Positions 53,761 through 64,000 of a DNA stretch of 64,000 nt are shown here, one piece after another; within the stretch, counting starts at the first letter, position 1, and each line of letters opens with the position of its first letter. Position numbers and translations under genes: made by a program. The stretch is from NCBI RefSeq assembly GCF_009914755.1, contig NC_060925.1. One strand, given 5' to 3'. A model generated the notes under the pieces. The model did not search any database and was not told where the DNA came from. It saw only the letters and a program-made list of their open reading frames with translations. The stretch comes from the human T2T-CHM13v2.0 reference genome, Homo sapiens.

Positions 53761-55167
53761 AAGCCTCCTTCCTGAAGGCAGTGAGCACTGTATTGTGGCC
53801 AGTATTAACAGAGGGGTAAACACTGCCTGGTCACCATGCTCTGAGGAAATTCTTGGAGCAGGTGGGAGAAGCCTGTTTCATGCTTACCACACTGTAGTCC
53901 TCTAAGAAAATAAGCCCTGTGTGTGTGACTCTGCCAGGGAAAGGAGTGAGGCATACGGAGAGAGAGAGGCAAGCAGGCTCCTGCTCACAGCTATCTAGGG
54001 GCTAAAGTGGAGTTTTTGGTGGAGGTGGTGGTCTGTAAAGAAGTCAAAGAGGTGAGTGCCGAGGAGAAACGCTGCCCCAGTGCTGAAGAGCTGTCTGTTC
54101 TGTCCACGGAGGCTTGTGGCAGCACTTACAAGTCATTGGGTATTATGCTTCCTGACTCACAAAGCCCCTTTGAAGACATATCTCATTTAAGTAATCATAC
54201 CTTGTGAGAAAATACAACTCTGGCAGGGTGCGGGTGGAGAGGGATGGGGAGAAGTTTCTCCAGAGACAGAAGGGGGAGAACCACAAAAGTAAGAGAACAA
54301 TTTGGTGGTGGTCATACCAGAGAAGGACAAAGAGGGGAAGGTGAGAGAGGAGAGAAAAAATATCTAAGGCTTCTCAACCTCCTCTGGGGCCCAGCTGGGC
54401 CAGCTCAGCTGCCTCAAGGACTTAACAATATTTCCAAACTAAACAAGCTCCAAAAGGCAAATGACCCCCGGTCACTGCCTGGTTCCTCTATCACACAGTA
54501 GCAGGGGTAAACATTTACCGAGTGGAGAAAGGAAGAGCCAGCAGGTAAGCCACATTTAAAGCAGGCTGAATCAGAGCAGATAAACCAAGGGGCCAGCATA
54601 TAGCTTTATCAAGTTATCTGATGTGCTGGCTGGAAAAGAGAAAGACCTGCGGCACTTAAATATGAGAGGGAATCACTTCAAAGCATCCAGGAATGGGAAA
54701 TTCATGCTCAGTGGGAAGGACCTGGGAGAAGGACTTGTCATTTGGAGAGGGCTCTCCCAGGGAACCCATGTACACAGGAGACTCAGAAAATTAACATGAT
54801 ATCTTGAACAATAATCTTACACCTTAGACCCAACTACAGGGACAGCCCTGGAAAAGGAGAAAAGTCCCAGGTCCTGGCAAAGGCTGTGAGCCAGCCCACA
54901 AGCCAACACAGTGGACCTAGCACAAGGTACCCCTGGCTGGGTGTACCAGAGTGATGGGCAGAGCAAGGTCCAGAGAGGGCAGAGGAGCTGGGAGGGCAGG
55001 GATTGGAGGCAGGCTCTGCTCAGACCAGCTGGAGCCCTAACTGTGGGGTGGGAGGGAAGAGGGATGGGACTTACGCAGTGGATGCCTGGCAGGGGCAGCA
55101 GAGCATTGCCCTCCAAGGGCCAGAGGCCAAGAGAAGAAGCTGGAGGTGGTGGGGATTGTGGTAATTA

Positions 55168-55736
<569 letters not shown>

Positions 55737-56455
55737 TTAAGAAAGGGAAGAGAAGAAAGAACCCTGGGCTTTGGTGAGGAGAGGCTGCAGAGGAGAGGAA
55801 GGAAGCCCCTCCTGCTGTCTGAAGTCCCTTTGGAGCTTATCCTCTTGGCACTCACCGGGAGCAGCTTTGCTAATGAGGGACTTTTCTCTGGTTGTGTGTG
55901 CGAGGGCAGCAGGAGGAGGGGCAGGGGTTGGTTCATCACTGGGACTTCTTTAGATCAGGGTTTTGTGTTTATCTTGATGTAATGAGTTCGTTTGGGTAAA
56001 TGGAGGCGATGTGGCTGCAGGGCTGGGGTTCACTGTATTGTTTTCAGCAACCTGCTGCTCTTCCCCGGACCAGCCACAAACCACAGACATAACCACCATA
56101 AGTGAACAGAGGCCTGCCCCAAAAATTCAGGGGACAGACACCGCAGCCTTGCCAATGGGTCTGCCCCATGGACTGAGTGACGGCCCCTGGCCCTGCTAAA
56201 GCAGGGAGGAGACCAAGATGGGACCCTGGCACCTGCTAGTCCCACTGCCTGCAATGCCTTCACCCAGATAATCACTCAATAGGCATTTATGGAGCACTGG
56301 CTCTGTCCTAGATGCTTAGAATATCACTGCACAAAACAAAGATATCTGTTCCTGTAGAGATCAGGAAGTTGAGCTTCTAGTAAAGGAAGGTTCTAGTAAA
56401 GGAAGATTCACTTAAATAGGTAAACCACACCATCTGTGGGAAGGTAAGAAATCTT

Positions 56456-56685
56456 TTTTTTTTAAATCATTTTAGGAGAATTTTTTGCCAAAGTTAAGGA
56501 TGCACCCAGGAGACAGGTCTATGCCTGTCTCTGTGATTTTGAGGGCTCCAAATGTAAAGGTGAAGGGGCAGGATATTGAGAAGCACACAGTTTTCACATA
56601 AACAAAAGGAGCAGAGGAAAAATGTAGGGAATCTGCATTTTACATAAGATAACACAGACAAAATGGGGTAGGGGAACAATAAGCT
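56456..56685 (-). mobile_element. Polyadenylated MER4-group LTR fragment (processed, L1-type insertion)
   Basis: 17-bp TSD GGAAGGTAAGAAATCTT (56439-56455, 56686-56702), T-run, then MER4-like ttttgccaaagttaaggatgcacccaggagacaggtctatgcc. Confidence 0.75.
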
Positions 56686-57924
56686 GGAAGGTAAGAAATC
56701 TTATGGAGGAAAACAACAGAGCAGAAGACGGGGAGCAGGAGGCCTGGGGAAGTCAGGGTAGCTTCCTTCAGGGGTGACATCTGAGGGGGACAGCCCTGAG
56801 GATCTCTGAGATGTGTGAATTTCAGGCAGTGGGAACAGCCAATGAAAATGTCCTGAGGTGGAAGCATTCCTGGAACATTGAGGGACAACAAACAGAATGG
56901 CTGGTCGGGAGGGACTAGGAGCAAGAGTCGCATTCAATGACTCCAGAGTGGCCATGGAAACCAGAACATGGAAGACTCTGAAGGACACTGAAGAATTCAG
57001 CTTTGCCTCTGGATGAAATGGGGAGGAATTGTAGGGTCCTGGGCAGAGGAAAATATGCTCTGCCTTAAGTTTGCAAAGGGTCATGTTGGCAGTTGGGATG
57101 AGTAGATAAGGAGTCAGGAATGCAAGTGAAGACCAGCTAGGAGGACATTACAGTAAGCTGAAGATGGAGATGGTGAGAGGGGTCAGTTTCTGAGTGTGCT
57201 CTCAGGGAAGAGCCAGCAAGATGTCTTGAGAGGTTGGATATGGGCGTGAGATTAACAGAGGCGTCAAAGCTGACTCTAAGGCTTTTGGCTTCAGCACCTG
57301 GAAGGATGGAGTTCTCCATCAATGAAGATATATGGGTGGAGCAGCTTTGGGCCAGGCAGCTGGCAAGAGAAAATCAGAAGTTCAGTATTGAGCCCATTGA
57401 GTTTGAGATGTTTATTAGACACCTAAGTGTAGAGGCAAAGAACTCAGATGGGTATGTAACTCTGCAGTTGGGGAAAGAGATCAGCAATGGAAATATAAAT
57501 ACCAGAGTCTTAGCATGCAGAGTTTTTAAAGGTGGGAGACTAGAAGAGATGGCCAGGGAGTGAGTGTAAATGGAGAAAAGGACCAAGAACCCAATCCTGG
57601 GCTCTCCTGCCCAGGAAGGAGAAGAGAAGCCAGCAAGAGACTGATAAATAGTGAACAGCAAGGTGGGTAGACCTGGAGAGTGTGGTGTCCTAGAAGCCTG
57701 GAGAAAAAATCAGAGTGTGGTTTTATGGAGAAGAGAATAACCAACTGGCTCAACCATCTCTTACCTGAGAGTCATCAGGTAAGATGAGAGGTGAGAAGTG
57801 ACCATGGGATTTAGCAACATGGAGGTCACAGTGATCTGGACAAGAAGTGTTTCGGGAGAGTGGTGCAGGTGAAACCCTGAGTGGGGTGGGTTTGAGGGGG
57901 CGTGGCACTGACAGGCTGCATGGC

Positions 57925-58140
57925 AGAGTGACTGAGACCACAGGTCTGAGCACCAGCCTGCCAGGGGTCAGAAACCAGCTCTCCACTTACTAGCCATGTG
58001 ACTGTAGGCAAGTTGTTTAACCTTTCTTTGCCCTATTTCCTAAATCTGAGGCCACCTACTTCATAGGGTTGTTAGAAGGATAAAATCACTTGGTGTTTGT
58101 AAAGGGTTGGGCACATGGGCAGCACAATAAATGCTTATCA
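57925..58140 (+). mobile_element. MIR inserted in L2
   Basis: ctccacttactagccatgtgactgtaggcaagttgtttaacct. Confidence 0.85.
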
Positions 58141-58846
58141 GGTTAAAAAGAAAAAAGGAAGAGAATGGGCAAGAGATGAATCAGACCATTCTTTTGAGGT
58201 GGTTTTGCTGCAAAGAGAAGGAAAAAAATGGTGAGAGTCTGTTTGCAGGGAAGTAGGGTAAAAAGGAAGGTATTTTAAGAAGGAATAAATAACAGAATGT
58301 CTGAGTGCCAGCCTGAATGGTCCATCAGAGAGGAGACTTCAAGGATGCAGAAGGCTTGCTGGAGTGGTGTCATGCAAGAGGCACAGTACCTACGGCACAA
58401 ATGCACAGACGGTATGTGCCCTCCCTCAGCTCCCGAAGGGCATCCCCACCAACACCCTCTCAGGGAGACCGGCACTTATTAACTTGTTAAACACTGTTCT
58501 CAGCTGTCCCCATCTCCCTCTCTGCTTTACCGTTCTCCATCACATGGGTTACCAGCAAACTTAATCATGTCTTGTGTTGTCTGTCCCACAACTAGTATGT
58601 AGATTCACTAAATGCAGAAATTTTTGTCTGCCTTGTTGACAGTTGTATCTCCAGATCTCAATAAATATTTGCTGAGTAAATGAATAAATTGGTATCTGTA
58701 CTTAGTTTCTTGCCATTCGGGGAAGAAAAGTCCTCTTCTTCATTTATTCTACACATACTTTCTGACCATCTACTATGTTCCAGGAACTGTATTAGATCCT
58801 GGAGACTTGAAGATGAATCAGACACCATCCTTGCCCTTATTTAGCC

Positions 58847-58908
58847 TGTGTGTGTGTGGTGTGCGTGTGTGTCTGTGTGTGTGTCTGTGTGTGTGTGTGT
58901 GTGTGTGT
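58847..58908. repeat. Interrupted (TG)n microsatellite
   Basis: TG run with TC/CG interruptions. Confidence 0.95.
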
Positions 58909-59389
58909 TGGAGGAGAGCAAAAAATAAAAAGCAATTCCAAAACTGTGTCGTCAGTCTTACAAGAGAGGGCTGTTCAGGGTCTTGCAGACTTGGGAATAA
59001 GGGACAGGGAAAAGCTTCCTAGAGAAGGGGCAGCTGGAACCTGAAGAACAAAACCAGAACTGACGACGACGGATGAGGCAGGTGTTTCAGGTGGCAGAGC
59101 AACACAGGCTGAGGCCTGGCGGGGAAAGGGAGCATCCAAAGCTCGCCTCAGTGCTTGTGCATGAAGCCTGCCTGGTCACTCAGCCCCCTAGACTCTCTCT
59201 TTCTCTCTCTCTGCTCCAACCCTAACATCTCATGTTGTATCATTTATTGGGCATTGCCCTGGACAATGCAGTGAGCCAGCTCTCCAATGTGTGAGTCTTG
59301 AGACCTCAGGCAAGTGGTTTTCCTTCTCAGGGAAGGGGCTCTGGTGCCCATAGCAACAATTCATGTGTAATAAGAGCTCAAGAGTCATT

Positions 59390-60270
59390 TGCTTACAAAA
59401 TAATTCTTGAGTGCCTACAACTTGAGTGCCAGGCTGTTTTCTGGGCAAAAGGGAGGCAGCTGTGAACAAGACAGACCAGGCTATGTTTCCTGGAACTATA
59501 GTACATTCTATGAGGGAAGGTTATGCAATAAATAAATGAACACATACATGAAAGATAATATAGTGCCACGCAGAGAATAACAATGGGTAATGTGATCGGA
59601 TGGAGTGGGGCTCCCCTAGACTGGTAATCAGAAAAGGTCTCTGACAGTTAATTGATTGATTAATTAATTCATGTCTCTGACATTTAAGCTGAGACTGAAT
59701 GATAACTATCTACTGAACCAATTAATGAACAAAAGAGAAGTAGGAAGGAAGACTTTCTGAAAACCACATTCCCGGGAGGTATAGAATTCAAACAGGGAGC
59801 CCAAGGGCTGAGACGACACACCAAAGTATCCTCTAAGATATAAGAAGACTTCCTGGAGAAGGTGAGTTTTGCTCACCTTGGACTTGCAAACGTGATTAGA
59901 CAACTTGGCTTTTTGCTTAAGCGATGACCTGAAGAGAAGGCTCTGTGTCAACAGATGCTTATTGAGCAGATGCTCTGGGCTGAGCTGGCTGAGGACAGGA
60001 AGATGGTGACAGAAGACCATCCCCACCCTCTGAAGGCTCACAGTCCAGAAGTGGGAGATAGACAGGTAAACAAACAATTACAATAAACAGTGATGTAGCT
60101 GATGAAGGCTATGGCAGCCCGGCAAGTACAGAGTACTAAGTGGGAAGTTGTGAACTCTGGCTGGGCAGACAGCTGAGAGAGGGAATGTGGGGTCTGGGAC
60201 ACTTGACGGAGAAGGTGACATTTGAACTGGGGCCTGAAGGATGACTAGGAGTTTGCTGGGAACCAGGGTG
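59390..60270 (-). mobile_element. L2 3'-end fragments
   Basis: gcagctgtgaacaagacagacc; gagaaggtgacatttgaactggggcctgaaggatga. Confidence 0.75.
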
Positions 60271-60859
60271 GGGGCAGGGAGAAGGCCCTCAGGAGGTGTT
60301 CAGGGAGTGCAGAATATGGAGGAAGTCTTGGAAGAATGATGGCCTTGGTAGGAGACTCGGGACTATTGAGTGCCAGGCACAGGCTGTGGAAGTGTGGCTG
60401 GAGAAGGTGGGGAATATTTTTGAAAATTCCTTAACTCTTTAAGGAATTCACATGTAAATGAGGTCATTTCTATAGTACAGGCAAGGCTAGAAAACTCAAC
60501 ACTACTTACCTGCCCCTATGCGGTGCTTCACCCTCTGTTAGGTGCTCCCTGGGGGCCAGCCCTTCTCTTAGGAAGCCAAGTGACTCCTTGACCTATCAGA
60601 GGTGAACAACCCAGGGCCCAAGTGACAGGAGTCATGGTGAGAAGGGGTCAGGTTTGAGATGGCCTTGAAGGTAAAGCCAGCATTGGTCTTTGACCCAGGC
60701 AACTGGGTTAATGGTATTGACACTGACATGGGGATAAGGTCAGATTTGGGGAGATAAGAACCAAGAGCTTCATCTGGACACAGTAGGTTTGAGTTCCCTG
60801 CAGTTTGAGGGAGAGGGGAGGACAGAAGAGAAGAAGGTCCATGCCCCCATCACTCAGAC

Positions 60860-61500
60860 ACTGCACTTGGCCTTCTCCTGGGGCTCTCCGGTCCCCTCTG
60901 CTCCCCACAATCCAACCTCCACACATCAGCCAGAGTGAGCTTTTAAAGCATGAACAAGATCAAATCAGCCAACTGCCTCACAGTCTCTAGTGGCTTTCCA
61001 CTGCACCTAAAATACAGGCTAAATCTTCCCCAGCCTATGAACGAGGGCGCTGTGGTGTGGTTGAGGGCTCTTCTCAACTCCACGTGCCTCTGCCTTACCC
61101 CACTTGTTCACTCTGCTCCAGCCTCACGGCCTCCCTCCTTCTCTCAAACACGCCAGGCTCATTCCCATTATGAGGCTTTGGCTGTGTTCTATGTTCCTCT
61201 CCCCCTAGAATGCTCTTTTCCTGGGCCTTTGTGGAGCTAACTTCTTAGCATCAGGCCCTCAGTCACTTTCTCAGAGAGGCCTTTCCTCATAACCCTGGTT
61301 TAAAGTTGTCTTTCTCTCCCACCCTACCCTGTTCCATCTCCTTCATAGCACTTTGCTTGAAGTCATCTTAGTCATCTGTACATTTATGTGTTTTTTATCC
61401 CCCCACTATCACCAGCATGTAAGAGCAGGAACTTGGTCTTATTTTTGGCTCTACCCCAGATCCTAGCACAGTACTTGGCACTTAGTAAATAGTTTGACTC
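60860..61500 (+). mobile_element. L2 3' region
   Basis: cagccagagtgagcttttaaa; ctagcacagtacttggcacttagta. Confidence 0.8.
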
Positions 61501-61778
61501 TCTTCCCGGGAATGAAGGATGGCAGGCGTGATGACTAGCAGGCTGCGCTGCACCACGGCAATGTGGGAAGCTCCTAGCTGGGACTGGCGGAGGCTGCAAA
61601 TGGCAGGGTCATCAGGCCAGCAGCCATCCGGTCCCAAGTGTGTAGAGAAGGGGAGATGCTCTGGCTACGGGGACTGTGCCTGCAAGGAAGGCCTCTGCCC
61701 TGTGCCTGCCTGACCTTTCTACAGATTTCTTTCTCCTAAACACATACCCAAAGAGATTCCTCCTCAGCTGAAGTCAGA

Positions 61779-62141
61779 GCAGCAGCAGAAGGAGGAGGAG
61801 GAGGAAGAGGAAGAGCAGGAAGAGGAAAGAGGAGAAGGGAGAAGAGGAGGAAGAAAGTAGAGGCAGGAGAAGAAAGAGGGGAAAAGAGGGAAGGGAGAGG
61901 ACTCAGGGGGAGGGAAGGGGAGGAGGAAATGAGGGATGAGAGGGAGACGTGGAGAGGGAGAGGAAGCATGAGGGAGGAAAAAGAAGGGAGGACAGGGTGA
62001 GAGGAAAAGGAGGGGAAGGAAGAGGAAGGGGAGGAGGGAGAAGTGGGGAGGGAGAAGGAGAAGGAAGGAGGGGGAAGGAGGGAGACGAAGAGGAAGGAGG
62101 GGGAGGAGGCAGGGTGAGGACGGAGAGGGAGGAGGGAGGGA
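61779..62141. repeat. GA-rich low-complexity polypurine tract
   Basis: About 360 bp of almost pure A/G on the + strand. Confidence 0.95.
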
Positions 62142-62564
62142 TGATTCTACCTCAGCTGTGGGACCAGGCTGTAGACCAGACTGCCTGGGGGCTTCTCTGC
62201 TTTTACCAAATCTGAGGGTCAGGGGGAGGCCTTTGGGCAAGAACGTCACGCATTTTACATGGCCTTGGCCTCACAGAGCAAAGTGCACACCAAATGGGGA
62301 GGTGGGGGAAGGGGTAATAAAAATTAAATTAAAGAAATTTTTTAAAGTTGGAAGAACAAATTATTTGGAGACGAAGCAAAAATATCTGTGACATAGCGAG
62401 CACTGTTTTAATGACAGCCCGTGTGGGAGGACAGTTTAGTCATATTTTTCATTTTCTCGTCCCCGGGGAGCTGCATCCCAGTGATCAGGCCCTGATAGCA
62501 AACTGGCATGTTCCCTAGATCAGTCACCTTCCAGGCTTATTCAGCAGCAGGATGAGTCAGGGGG

Positions 62565-63160
62565 CTGCGGAGTAACCCCTTCTCCATATGCTCAGAATGC
62601 GCTAGCGCGCCTGCCGTGGGGAGTGGAGGGGGCCAGGGGGCTGGATGCGGAACAGGCCTCGGGCCCAGTGGGTGGGCAGGAAGCTTCAGCGGAAACGCTG
62701 CCAGCTCTTCCCGGGGCCAGCCGGCTGGTGTGTCCTAGCCTCCTGCAAACTCCTGGGGGTAAGAGTATGACGAGTCCTGTATCTGGGGCCACATCAAGTG
62801 TGGAAAAGGATTTCTTCGAAGAAAGCTTGATTCACTGCCAGGAGGAAGAAGTTCAGGAAGCAGTTCTGCCATCCCCTCAGGCATGAGCACTTCCAGGACT
62901 AAGATAAAAATAATGAGGATAATTTTAAATGACTGCCAGGATGCGAGAGCTGACTGCGGGCAACATGCTCCACGCGCGTTCATTCACTTCTCTTCATAAC
63001 AGCCCCGGGAGGCAGGTGTGACCAGCCCCACGGTGCTGAGGGAAGCAGAGGCTCGGAAGCGGAGGGACCTCCCCGAGAACACGGTGAATACGCGTCAGAG
63101 CAGACCCGGAACCCGGGCCTATTGGCTTTGAGTCTGTCCACGGACGGCATGACGTGGTGG
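62565..63160. promoter_or_regulatory. CpG-island-like segment (candidate promoter/enhancer)
   Basis: Most CpG-dense non-Alu stretch by eye; ATTGG (reverse CCAAT) at 63121 and TGACGT at 63150. Confidence 0.45.
62903..63135 (-). mobile_element. CpG-rich degenerate MIR
   Basis: cttcataacagccccgggaggcagg...gagggaagcagaggctcgga...gtcagagcagacccggaacccgggc follows the antisense MIR layout. Confidence 0.65.
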
Positions 63161-63449
63161 TTGAGCACCTGCTTCTCTTCTGAGTTGGAGGTGGTGAGAA
63201 CACAGGAGGGGACTGACCCCCTATTCCTGGCTCTTCACCCAGAAGATCTCAGCTCGCTGTCATTACTATTTTATTTTTAATACCATTTGATTAATACCAC
63301 ATGACATGTTCTCTGGAAATCAGGAGGGAGCAGGTGTGGTTCTTCCTGTTTTACAAGTGGGGACCCTGAAGCCCAGAGAGAGGAGGCAAGTGGACATGGT
63401 GCTGACAGAAACTACGCAGTGCCATCTGGACCCAACAGAACTGGGCTGG

Positions 63450-63880
63450 AGGCTACCTGTCAGCTGTCTAGTAGAGAGCTCATTATTTGAAATGTCTACC
63501 TGTATCTTCCTCATCTGTAAAATGGGAATGTTGAGATCCACTCAGCGGACAGCAATAGGTTCAAATGAGCAAAAGGAGGTGTGTTTAAAATGCTGTACAA
63601 ACTCTACAGTGTCAGGCCAAGCTGGAAGGTGGCATCCCCTTTATGGGCATCATCATCAAGTCCTAGTTAACAGCATGGGCTCTCAGACTGCCTGGGTCCA
63701 AATACTGGCTCCTTCACTTATGAGCTGTGGAACCTTAGACAAGTTACTTAACCTCTCTGTGCCTCAGTTCCACCATCATAAGTACCTTCCCTATGGGTTG
63801 TTACAGGGGTTACACACATACCACATGTGTAAGTGATAGAGTTCTGGCACATAGGAGGGGCTTAGTCACTATTATTATGA
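63450..63880 (+). mobile_element. Two MIR SINEs
   Basis: cctcatctgtaaaatggg (about 63510); aagttacttaacctctctgtgcctcagtt (about 63741). Confidence 0.88.
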
Positions 63881-64000
63881 CCACCATCACTGCCCCACTC
63901 CTGCAAACTGCAAACTCCTTAAGGCAGGCTGGGGTCTGTCTTGTCCGCTGTTGTATTCCCAGGGCTTAGCACACGGGGCAGGCGAGGAGCAGGTGCTCAG

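Larger units (their letters stand above)
56270..58290 (-). mobile_element. Long L2 fragment hosting later insertions
   Basis: gagtttgagatgtttattagacacctaagtg; ggatttagcaacatggaggtcacagtga. Confidence 0.85.

Noticed and set aside
61736-62249. Pro/Leu-rich and Glu/Gly-rich ORFs
   Set aside because: Low-complexity GA tract.
62623-62886. 87-aa ORF in the CpG-rich segment as a coding exon
   Set aside because: GTG start and no recognisable homology; cannot be supported without transcript data.

Overview
Primate (very probably human) non-coding genomic DNA, intronic or intergenic. It is dominated by ancient MIR and L2 repeats. It also carries six Alu/FLAM copies, several solo LTRs (MER41B, MLT1A, MLT2B, LTR33-like), DNA-transposon fossils (MER81, MER53, ORSL, MER58A, MER44, MER112, MER20) and microsatellites. 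I find no supportable protein-coding exon, RNA gene or CRISPR array, and I cannot name the locus. The ORF track is explained by repeats, low complexity and chance. Most notable observations: (1) a polyadenylated MER4-group LTR fragment that appears to have been retroposed by L1 (perfect 17-bp TSD); (2) two long, oppositely oriented CR1/L3 ORF2 fossils split by nested insertions; (3) an unusually CpG-rich MIR in a CpG-island-like segment; (4) a MER41B LTR retaining one of two STAT GAS sites; (5) several repeat-free, motif-dense enhancer candidates. Repeat names come from remembered consensus sequences, not from a search. Boundaries of old repeats are approximate. I see no convincing new biological system.
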